From an uncultured Acidobacteriota bacterium (lineage in GTDB: Bacteria; Acidobacteriota; UBA6911), in NCBI GenBank assembly GCA_963809485.1, contig CAWEJX010000004.1, positions 406,669 to 470,668 on the forward strand: DNA of 64,000 nt. Direction: 5' to 3'. Numbering within the stretch: the first letter of the stretch is position 1; the number at the start of each line of letters is the position of its first letter. This document shows, piece after piece, positions 54,196 through 64,000 of this stretch. Both the position numbers and the translations under genes were made by a program. The notes beneath the pieces were generated by a model. The model saw only the letters and a program-made list of their open reading frames with translations. It was not told where the DNA came from and made no database searches.

Positions 54196-54642
54196 ATGGC
54201 AAAAAGGCACAAGAGACATGGCCATTTTTGCTGGTGCTGCGGGAGAATGCGCCCTAATGAGAAATTCTCGGGATCCGGCCATGCGCGCCATCTGTGTAAG
54301 GATTGCTCCAGGCTCGGAGCTTCCGAGCTGCAGTACCGGCAAGATCTGAGAAACCTCGAGCGTTGCGTCACCTGGGAAGGCATCATCGGCAGAAAGAAAA
54401 GAAAGGCCTTCAACAGGTTCCTGGAACATCCCGATCCGCGTATCCGCCGGTACGCAGAAGAACTCGCCGCCCAGGATATCGAATCTCGAGAATTGCTGAG
54501 ATTCCTCGAATATGGAGGTGATGACTTCGTACCGGAAGAGGATTACTCCGAATTTGAGGGCGCAACGGTGGGAGCGAGTCCGGAAGACTTATGCAGCCAA
54601 AATAAGATAGATGGGCTCGACGATGACGATATACCGTTCTGA
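54196..54642 (+). CDS. Zn-ribbon protein with acidic tail
   Basis: CWCCG...NEKFSG..H..HLCKDC; C-terminus DDDDIPF. Confidence 0.75.
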   Translation: MAKRHKRHGHFCWCCGRMRPNEKFSGSGHARHLCKDCSRLGASELQYRQDLRNLERCVTWEGIIGRKKRKAFNRFLEHPDPRIRRYAEELAAQDIESRELLRFLEYGGDDFVPEEDYSEFEGATVGASPEDLCSQNKIDGLDDDDIPF

Positions 54643-54665
54643 GAGGCGACACACCGGGCAACCGG

Positions 54666-56391
54666 ATGAATAGCATGGATCGGAAACGCCTTGCCGAAAT
54701 TGAAAGATTGCTCAAGATCGCGACAGATGAGCTATCGAATCTGGAAAAGCAGAGGCAATTTCTGATTGATCAGATTTCCTCCCTGAACAGGGAAAGAGAA
54801 AATCTGCTGCATTCCGCCGTAGTCAAGGAATCTCAGGTACAGTATCCATCAACATCAGGCAACCTCACGCAATCATCCAATGAGGACGAGAAAATTCGTC
54901 TTTTCCACTCTCTTTTTCGCGGCCGCCAGGATGTATATGCCCGGCGATTTGAGAGTCGCAAGACCGGCAAAAGTGGTTATCAGCCTGACTGCAGTAATGA
55001 GTGGCGCGCCGGAATCTGCCAGAAGCCACAGATCAAATGCGGCCGCTGTGAGCATCGCCAGTTTGTTCCATTATCAGAATCTGTGATCCAAAAACATCTG
55101 ATGGGAAGAGATCCTGCTGATCGAGAGGGCAAGGACTTTACGATCGGCATCTATCCTCTTCTTCTGGATGAAACGTGCTGGTTCCTGGCAGTGGATTTTG
55201 ACAAGTCCACCTGGCAAAAGGATGCTCAAGCCTTCCGGGATACATGCGCATTGCACGGTGTTCCTGCAAGCCTGGAAAGATCGCGCTCCGGAAACGGCGC
55301 ACATATCTGGATTTTCTTTTCAGAGCAAGTTCCGGCGAGATTGGCGCGCAATCTTGGATCCCTCCTGCTGACTGAGACAATGGAACGAAGACCTGAGATC
55401 GGCCTGACATCGTACGATCGGTTCTTTCCTAACCAGGATACGATGCCGGAAAGAGGATTCGGGAATCTGATCGCCCTGCCGCTCCAACGCAAGCCCAGGA
55501 TTAACGGTAACACGGTCTTTCTTGACGAGAATCTCATTCCCTATCCGGATCAATGGTCTTATCTGAGTTCGGTAAACCGGCTTACGCTCAACGAGCTTGA
55601 GCAGCTTGTCCACACTCTTTCCGTTTCACGTCAAGAATTAGGGCCTCATTCCTCTTTTGCGGAGCTGAAGGATGAGGCTCCGTGGGAAAAGAGGAGTTTC
55701 CGCGATTGGAAAGAGTTGAAGATGCAAGGTCCATTGCCTGATAGCGTCAATTTGGTTCTGGCAGACCGATTGTATATTCCGAAACAGGGGCTTTCGCCGA
55801 CCCTGCATAACCGACTCATACGTCTGGCCGCATTTCCAAACCCTGAATTCCAGCGGGCTCAAGCAATGCGGTTATCGACGTATGGGAAACCGAGGATAAT
55901 CTGCTGTGCTGAGGATTTTCCTGATTACATAGCCCTGCCCCGCGGTTGTCTGGAAGAGCTGCGAGAAATTCTGCAGACCTTGGGAGTTGCGACAGAACGT
56001 TGATGATAAGCGCAACCGGGGTACGAGCGTCGAGGCTCAATTTCAAGGAAATCTCAATGAACTGCAGAATGAGGGTTCGAGATTAGTGTTGGCAATAGGT
56101 CGATATCTGGGCGAGGGTTTTGATGATGATCGACTGGATACATTGTTCTTAGCGATGCCAATTTCCTGGAAGGGGACTCTGGCGCAATACGCCGGCAGGT
56201 TGAATCGCATCCGCCCGGGAAAACATGAGCTCACGATTTACGACTACGCGGATTTGGATGTTCCCATGCTGAAGCGGATGTTTCAGAAGCGAGTGCGTGG
56301 CTACAAGCAGCTTGGCTATTCCGTTAATGATGAACAAGGGAACACCTCAAGTGATCAGCGGCTCTTCCAATCGGACCTGCTGGAAGAGTAA
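54666..56391 (+). pseudogene. AEP (TOTE-type) primase-SF2 helicase fusion, frameshifted and lacking the helicase core
   Basis: LFRGRQDVYARR, GIYPLL..CWFLAVDFD, ERSRSGNGAHIW, YDRFFPNQD, GNLIALPLQ, NPEF..AQAMRLST, LPRGC. After FQGNLNELQ it jumps to GEGFDDDRLDTLFL...QYAGRL; no Walker A or DExH motif. Confidence 0.8.
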
Positions 56392-56708
56392 AAAGCCCGT
56401 CTTGAAACCCATGACTTTGCTGCACATATCTTTTCAAAGCGGAAAGAACACGATAGGTCTCATACAATACTCGCCAGCAGCCCTATCGGGAACTGCTGCT
56501 ATCTGTTGAAATGCCTACATTTTTGTGCGGATTGATTTCACAGCTTTAAATAGGCGCACAGGAGTTTCTATCCTGAGCCATGGTCAATTGAGCTGAACTT
56601 CATAGCTGGCACTGCGAATATCTCCCGAAATATCAACAAATTCATTTGCGGCGAGTTTTCACAGATAGGATTTAGCAGCAGTGTTTCGATGTCGACTTTT
56701 TCCGAGAA

Positions 56709-56729
56709 CACGGTAAGTTCACGGTAAGT
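56709..56729. repeat. Tandem arm-type repeat
   Basis: CACGGTAAGTTCACGGTAAGT, about 60 bp from the tRNA fragment. Confidence 0.7.
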
Positions 56730-56788
56730 TTCGCCAATTTGTATACTGGAGATTGAAGAGAGGAATTGCGCTAAGTTGTTGATAGCAT

Positions 56789-56847
56789 TGGTGCCGAGGG
56801 GGGAATCGAACCCCCACGCCCGTTGCGGGGCCCAGGATTTTAAGTCC
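56789..56847 (-). repeat. 3'-half of tRNA-Leu(UAA) with CCA, att site
   Basis: Minus strand GGACTTAAAATCCTGGGCCCCGCAACGGGCGTGGGGGTTCGATTCCCCCCTCGGCACCA. Confidence 0.88.
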
Positions 56848-57487
56848 GATCTGGCACTATCCCAAGTTGCTGTAAATGCTTGATTTATCAAATAGATTCC
56901 CGATACACAAAGTTGGGTGGAGTAGGGTGAATTAGGGTGTTTTTTGGCCGCCATGGACAAAGTCACGGGCACGGTCAACACCCCCCCCAGGGAGGTTCGA
57001 GGGTTGGCACCCCACCCTCCTTGGATATGGGACCCAATCAACATATGCACAATCACAATTTTTTTAGCCCGTATTCCGCGTGCGGCAACTGTCGGCACGC
57101 GGGGTTCTCAAATTATTGACATTGGGTTGCCAATGAAATCCGATACCACGAATTCTTGTCCGGCTTCCAATGGGACAGGGCTGAGTTTGTTCATTTCCCG
57201 GGCAGGCGAAGGTACCAAAATCACACCAAGTACCAATCGGCCCCAATCCAAGAAACAAACCAAGGGGATCAAACCTATCCACCGAAGTGACAAAATAATC
57301 CAAGGCGGTGTATAATGTCACCCCTTCAGGTTTTGTGAAAATTTTGTTGTTTAAATAAACTGCATATTCATGAACGGGGATGCAGCTTTATTCTTGCCCC
57401 CGCAAAGCCTGCGGCTACTGAAATTAGGAGAGGCACACCCAACACATCCTTCCTTCTCCGCAGGAAGGAATTTCTTTAGGAAAACAA

Positions 57488-57691
57488 ATGAGAGAACAAG
57501 GAACAGTGAAGTGGTTTAATAACGATAAAGGCTATGGTTTCATCAGTCGCAATTCTGGGGATGACGTTTTTGTCCATCACAGCGCCATTCAGGGGGAGGG
57601 CTTCAAATCACTCAATGAGGGCGATAGCGTTGAATTTGATGTGACCAAAGGCGAAAAAGGGTTGCAGGCTCAGAATGTAAAAAAGCTTTAG
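57488..57691 (+). CDS. cspA: Cold-shock protein
   Basis: GTVKWFN..KGYGFI...DVFVHHSAI (RNP1/RNP2). Confidence 0.95.
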   Translation: MREQGTVKWFNNDKGYGFISRNSGDDVFVHHSAIQGEGFKSLNEGDSVEFDVTKGEKGLQAQNVKKL

Positions 57692-57707
57692 GCGACAAGG
57701 GATCCCA

Positions 57708-57740
57708 GGAGGCTCCGGTTAGACGGAGCCTCCATCTTCT
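57708..57740 (+). terminator. Hairpin terminator after csp
   Basis: GGAGGCTCCG-GTTAGA-CGGAGCCTCC perfect 10-bp stem with a weak U tract. Confidence 0.65.
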
Positions 57741-58153
57741 CAATTATCACCTGCATTGGCTGTACATTTTCAGCGAGAGCCCGACAAAAAAGGCTGTCAG
57801 CGCAATTTTTTTATAACAGGATTACCCTTCCACAATAGTCCCATCCTTCCCCTCCCATCTCTCTGTGGCAGACATCTCCCTATAAATGCAGTGCAAATAT
57901 TTGCCTAACCTTGCCGCCAGGCTACAGTTCGGGAGAGTTTTGTTGACTATGGCTGTAGATGAGTATAGGAATACTGTTACACGCACAAGCTCAAGAACAC
58001 GCACACGGCTCCATATTGCTCCGGTTCCTGTTCCTTGCTCCGCTTTCCGCGCTATTAGGGAAACCAAGCGCGGCTAATCCTCAGGTTGCCCGGTACTGAT
58101 CCAGGGTTTTATCCAAACCATTTAAGCAACATTCTAACTGGAGGATATTTCAC

Positions 58154-58627
58154 ATGCGTAAAGCAATGGCTTTTGTCGCTGTCTTTGGATTGGTTGGTTC
58201 TTTGTGGGCAGCCGATCCGAGTGTAGGCACTTGGAAGCTGAACGTCGCCAAATCCAAATTCTCGCAAGGTCAGAAGGTGACTCCGAAGGAAGGAACCATA
58301 GTGGTTCAGGAGCTAGCAACCGGGGAGTTTGAGCTTACCCTTGCAAGGACAATGACGGATGGCTCGAAGACTTCAAATAAGATGACTTGGCCGCAACAAG
58401 GGGGAACGCTTCAGAGCCAAGGCGGCGCCATCCCTGAAGGAACATCTGTCACCGTGACAATGATCGAACCGGGTGAGTGGTACACCACATATCTGCAAAA
58501 AGGCAAGCAGGTGCAATTGATCCACAGTGTTATCAGCAAAGATGGCAAGACAATGCACCTCACAACCAAAGGTATGGATGCTCAGGGCAAGCCGACTGAA
58601 GCCTCATCAGTGTGGGACAAGCAGTAG
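58154..58627 (+). CDS. Exported hypothetical protein (lipocalin-like beta fold suspected)
   Basis: GGAGG RBS, signal peptide, ADPSVGTWKLNVAKS, SKDGKTM. Confidence 0.8.
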   Translation: MRKAMAFVAVFGLVGSLWAADPSVGTWKLNVAKSKFSQGQKVTPKEGTIVVQELATGEFELTLARTMTDGSKTSNKMTWPQQGGTLQSQGGAIPEGTSVTVTMIEPGEWYTTYLQKGKQVQLIHSVISKDGKTMHLTTKGMDAQGKPTEASSVWDKQ

Positions 58628-58862
58628 CACCGGGGGACAAAGGTCTTAATCTGGGATTACCGGATTCAACTGTGGGTGCGCAAATCCATCGGGGCACATA
58701 ACATCCAAGGAAAATAAAAAAATGAGGAGGTCGTGATGACAATGAAGAATTACCTGTTTATATTTGCCAGCCTGCTGTCTTGCTTGTCCTATGTGGTTGC
58801 TCCGGGCAAGGCGAAAAACCACAGACGGAGAAATCAGCAGCGGAAATGGATCAATGGTCTAA

Positions 58863-60563
58863 CCCGGATTATTCACGAAATTTGAAAAACAAAAAGCCCC
58901 AATCTGCGTATTAAGCAAGTAGTGACAAGGCTTTCACACGCAAACGAGAGGCTTTTTGATGACTCAAGATACCACACAGTCTGTTTTGTTTCCCAATCTT
59001 TTTCACAAGCCCGTTGTCGCGTCCTTCGATCAGCCTGACAGCAGCTCTGACGGTGGCGCGATTCTCTTGAAAGCAATCGATTCCGAATTGGATTTGACGG
59101 AGCGGTTGGCCAGCTGCATTCGCGAGACGCGTGAAGAAGGCAAGATCGTTCACCCACTGCTGGACCTTCTTCGTCAGCGTGTTTACGGAATCGCATGCGG
59201 ATATCCAGACTGCAATGATGCGGACCGCTTGGCTGACGATCCCATTCAAAAGCTGTTGTTAGACCGTGATCCCATTGACGGCAATTCCCTCGGATCTCAG
59301 CCGACTCTGTCACGATTCGAAAACGCTCCTTCAAGCAAAGACCTCTTCAAAATGGGTTGCGAGCTGGCCGATATTGTCATCGAACATCACGCCAAACGAT
59401 TGAAGGGCAAAGCCCGTCTGATTACGATCGACCTGGATCCCACGGACGACCCCACGCACGGGGCTCAGCAACTCACGTTCTTTCAACGCGCCACTACGAC
59501 TCGTATTGCTATCTGCCGATGGTCGGGACTCTGCAGTTCAACGACGAAACGGAAAAGTACCTCTTCACGGTCGTTCTGCGGCCCGGCAATGCACCCGCAT
59601 CCCGCGGGACCATCGGAATCCTGATGAGGCTTCTCACCAGGCTTGCGGGATGCATTTCCCAAGACCCGTTTTCGTGTCAGGCTCGATGGCGGGTTCGCAA
59701 CACCCCAGATCCTCGATTATCTTGAACTCGAGGAGGTTGAGTACCTGGTGGGAATTGCTGGAAACTCCAGACTGGAAAAGAGAGCCCGCCGCCTGATGGG
59801 AAAAGTCCGAATGAAATCGCGCAAGACAGGCAAAACTGAAACCCTGTTTGGCGAGACGCGCTATGCTGCAAGGAAATGGTCGCACCGCCGCCGCGTCATC
59901 ATCAAAGCCGAGGTCGTAAGATATCCCGGGCGTGATCCCAAAGACAATGACCGTTTCGTGGTCACCAATCTTCCACACAAACCAGAAAATGTTTACAAGA
60001 TCTACCGCGGCAGAGGAGACGCCGAGAATCGGATCAAAGAACTGCACCATGGATTGGAGATTGACCGGACAAGCTGCACGAGTTTTCTGGCCAATCAACT
60101 TCGAGTCTTCATGACCGCAGCCGCCGACGTGCTCATGCAGGAGATGCGCGCGCGAGCGGCTGGAACCGCTCTTGGCGGCAGCGCAAGTATCCACCCTGAG
60201 AGAACGCCTGCTGAAAGCTGGCCGTCTGGGTTACGAAATCCGTTCGACGAATCGTGCTCCATTTTCCCGTCAACTATCCTTGGCTCAGTTGTTGGAAACA
60301 ACTTGCCGTTGCGGTTGGCGCACGACGCTGAAGTCCTCAATGCTTCATTTACAGGAAATGAATCCATCGGTTGCAGGAAAGGTCTGTTCATTTTTGTCTG
60401 AATAATCGTTCTGGCAGCCAAAAGCGACCTCTTCCGATCTGACTCGCCGTGAAAAATTCGATCCCGATCGACTCTCAGGTGATTCATGTCGGCCGGAACC
60501 GTGTTTTTTCCATCAGAGGCGTGTATATGAGGCTTTTTCAATAACCTTCATGAATAATCCGGG
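58863..60563 (+). mobile_element. IS1380-family element (transposase with frameshifts)
   Basis: TIRs CCCGGATTATTCACGAA / TTCATGAATAATCCGGG, flanked by CTAA and CTAG; SSDGG, GYPDCND, SQPTLSRFEN, LRPGN, YRGRGDAENRIKE. Confidence 0.92.
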
Positions 60564-60645
60564 CTAGCGCGCAAAATTGGCCGATATAGGAAAGCTTCTC
60601 ATCATTTCTGCTAAAGGCAGTTTACCTGATTTCAAATGCCGAAAG

Positions 60646-63600
60646 CTATATTGATGCGAGAACGATGAAAAGCACGCATAGAAATATGCAAAAATAGGAT
60701 TTCTTGTCCTTGACTATATAATTTAACGGATCATCATGGATATTGCCCCGAAAGGCCAACAGCCATAAATTTGATATCCAATAGAAATGTATTACACATA
60801 AGCCCCACAGGAATTCATGTGAAGGATAATGCACGGATATTTCCAGTTGGGCGATATATAGTGCTAAAACCAGTGTGGACATCGCGGAGCTTACGTACCC
60901 CATCACCAGCACAAAAACGGAATCATCTGCGCTGTACCCCCTACCAGGCAAATGGCTGGTACCTGTTGTTTCCTGAGCAAAAGCTTCCGCATGGCGTTTG
61001 ATACAGGCAATGCCGACGAAGAAAAATAGAGCAAAACCGATTAACCAGGCTGTAGGAAGAACGCCGATGGCGAAATAGCCGAATAATAATACGATTGCTA
61101 TATAACAAACCTAAAACCACAACATCCACAATAGGCTTACGCTTCAAATAAAAGGTGTAGACCAGACTTGTTATTATTTGTAGGACAATCGCCGCCGAAG
61201 CATTTCGGTTTATGCTCAATAGTAACGGTATCAGTATCCCCGCCAATAGAAGATTGGTTAGCCATGCCTGTTGAATGGTCGTCGTACACGATCGCTTGCA
61301 ATGGCTCGTTGTTTCTTAACCGGATGTATCCTGTCCGCTTCAATATCGTACAAATCGTTGATGACACCTGAATTATGCACAGCATAACGAATTGGAAGGC
61401 ACTTTAAGATAAAAAAACCATTTGGGGACCTCGAAAACTGGGATAAAAGAGAGTTTGCGAAAACTTAACCTTTGATCTCAGGAGGTCACCCAAATGGTTA
61501 CGAACAGAAAACAGCATAGCTCTGAAACCCGCGCCAAACAAGCCTCGAATGAAGTGTACTCGAACCCTAATAAAATCGGGGCTTCGACGCCATATGACTT
61601 CACCGCAAAGAATCTGACGCCCTATGGCGGCCTTCTGCCAGTGGCCACAATGCTCGAAAAGATCGGCTTTGAAAAACTTGTAGACGAATCGGTGACGGTG
61701 GCAAGAATGACCAAGGTTATGCCGCTGTACCAATTCATTCTGGCAATTGTCCTGGGTCTCTATGTCGGCTTTGCCCGACTCAATCAGCTGCGCTATATCG
61801 CAAAGGATCCGCTTTTGGCGGGGATATTGAAAATCACTCACTTGCCGCCGCAATGCACACTCTGGCGATTTCTCAATTCGCTGCATGTCGGCATTGCCCG
61901 CCAGATCCTGTCCATTCAGCGGCGAATGCGCGAAGCCGTATGGGCGGCAGGCAATATCCAACTGAAATCGGTCACGATCGACACCGACACGACGGTGCAC
62001 ACGCTTTACGGCAAGCAGATGGGAGCCCGTAAGAGCTACAATCCGAAAAACAAAGGGAAGAAGAGCTACCAGCCGATCCTGTCGTTTATTGGCAGAAACC
62101 AGGGAATTCGTGGCCGGCGAACTGCGCAATGGCGATCGGCCCACCGGGAAGCAGATTGCGCGGCATCTTCAGGAAGTATTTCAATCCCTGCCTCGCTGCG
62201 TGACGTCGATTTTTGCGCGTGCCGATTCCGGGTTTTATTGCTGGGAAGCGGTAGAGGCTTACGAAAAGTTCAAGTGCCGATTCATTGTCGTGGCGCGCAA
62301 GACCTCTCGGCTGGTGGATGAATTGGTCGCGGCCGAATGGAAACCGTCGCCGCATACAGATGCCGACGAACAGTGCGAGTTCTGGTATCAGCCGAAGGGC
62401 TGGGACAAGGCATACCGATTCATTGCACTGCGTTATGAAAACGATCCGGATGACGAAGAGGAATCGGACGAGGTCGTGCAATATCAACTGTTCGCGACCA
62501 AGAGGTACAAATACCGAGTGTTTGTGACCAACATGGAAGGCCCGATCGACAAACTCGTGTGGTTTTACAATCAGCGTGCCGGGGCGGAGAATTTGATCAA
62601 GGAATCGAACAACGATGCCGGACTGGCGGCGCATCCTTCTCGGCTTTTTGTGACCAACCAGAATCCACTTCCAGCTGGCCATGCTGGCCTACAACCTTAA
62701 CGCGTGGCTGATGCTCTTTAATCGGGAGGCATTACAGACACAATCGATCAGCTGAAGCACACCACGCTGGCGACTGCGCGGCTGCGATTTCTGTTCATTG
62801 CGGCAAAGATCTGGCGCCATTCTGGTCGAACCGGAGTGAGCTTCAGCGATCATTATGAGGAAAAGGAGTTTTTCCAGCGTCTCATGCAGCGATTGCGATC
62901 CATAAAGCCAATCGGGAATGAATTCGAACCTGTTGTGGAAAGGGCCCTATCATGATTCACAAACGAGCGCTTTCTCAAGACATCTCATGCATAATTTTTT
63001 ATGCGCGGATCGTAAAAGAAAGATATTTAAGAATTTATGAATACGATTTTTCAAGCGGTGCGCAGCTCATGAGCTGGTGGAATTTTCATTGTGCGGAAAT
63101 ATAAGGCACATCCATCCCGTTTCCGTGCATAATTCAGGTGACATATATCAGGGATGAGCTTAGGCATAATAACAATAAGGCTGCGACACGAAAGCCGCCA
63201 AGCTTCAGATTCCAGCCATTTATGAGCTGTGATTACTGATATTAGAGACAAGATGTTTTTTATCCACTGATGAGGGCGCAGAAAACTCAGTCTCCGTATA
63301 AAATGCCCTTTTTCTTGCCCTATAGGATGCAGTTCCAGTCCATGCCTTTTGGCCCATCGCATATGATGATTTCTAGTTGTGTAGGAAGCTCGGGCATGCT
63401 TCCAGATATGGCGGTCACTAAACGAGATCCCACATAATCAAATCCCTTTTCTCCGTATTTACGAACAAGGAACTCGGACTTTGCCCTGCCAGTCTGGTAG
63501 CGCTCATCATCACTCCCAGAGATGCAATCAAATGTTTTTTCCAGAACTTCACACTTATTGAGCAGTTTTTCACTACTTTCTGATATTAGGTGAACGCGCC

Positions 63601-63862
63601 GTCTGTCTTTTACTTTGATGACCATTTCAAGAACAGGTGCGTTGATGGGGCATAGATCGATGTTGATCAATCCATATTCGGCCAACTTTGATATAAATAT
63701 ATGTCTTCCCTGTATCAACCACCAGACAACCAAATATATTTTTAACGGGTGTTTTAGGAGGAACGCGTTAAGCATTTCCCAAGTAAGATCAGACTTGAAG
63801 AAAGTTCTGTCAAGATCGACACACAGCGGGATATCGTCAGGCTGCTTGGGTGACTGATTCAT
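60646..63862 (-). pseudogene. HAD-UbiA fusion prenyltransferase (decaprenyl-phosphate phosphoribosyltransferase-like), interrupted by IS1380
   Basis: PLCVDLDRT (HAD), LRPHQWIKN, INDLYD..D..HP.K..EP, LKRKP, RGY...D, RGNIHDDP. Split by the IS at 61367-63138 and by frameshifts. Confidence 0.85.
61367..63138 (+). mobile_element. IS1380-family element with 5-bp target duplication
   Basis: TIRs CCTGAATTATGCAC / GTGCATAATTCAGG; TSD TGACA at 61362-66 and 63139-43; LTPYGG, DTDTTV, LRNG, RADSGF, YNQRAGAENLIKE. Confidence 0.93.
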
Positions 63863-64000
63863 TTCTGGATTTCGAATAATTTTCAGTAAAATAATGGAGC
63901 GTCGTCAGCGCCATCAGGATGGCAATCGCAAATTGCGATATCAACATAGCTGCCCCACTGTTTTTTATTGTAAAAATGACCAATGGCATAAAAATGGCCG

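Noticed and set aside
55999-56009. TGATGATAA run in the primase gene as recoding
   Set aside because: Explained by a +1 frameshift; the other frame reads V-D-D-K.

Overview
This is a moderately GC-rich bacterial accessory region. Its gene content suggests an anaerobic Acidobacteriota-like organism, but that is inference only. From left to right: (1) a partial cyclic beta-1,2-glucan synthase (cgs/ndvB), three B12-binding radical SAM paralogs and two Crp/Fnr regulators; (2) an exported UGSC-type protein with an in-frame UGA in a U-D-G-C motif; (3) an XPB-like helicase with a DUF790 (Bax1-like) nuclease, and a BrnT/BrnA toxin-antitoxin pair; (4) a YcaC-amidohydrolase-alginate export-MFS operon; (5) a thioredoxin/TPR protein with an in-frame UGA in a U-I-G-C motif. 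Three 3'-half tRNA-Leu(UAA) fragments (27720, 47847, 56789) with arm-like repeats mark a tandem integration hotspot. The first segment holds exported cupin-like paralogs, an AprAB-like flavoprotein/ferredoxin pair whose ferredoxin has a Tat signal, a URO-D/MtaA-like protein, MFS transporters and IS1-family derivatives. The second segment (about 9 kb, no integrase) holds an AbiEi/AbiEii pair and a candidate conflict or defence operon: helical protein, TPR protein, ART-like ORF, Zn-ribbon protein and an AEP primase-helicase missing its helicase core. The window ends with a cold-shock gene, two IS1380 elements and an IS-disrupted UbiA-family gene. Many frameshifts are single-base insertions and may be long-read errors. 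I saw no CRISPR array, rRNA or intact tRNA.
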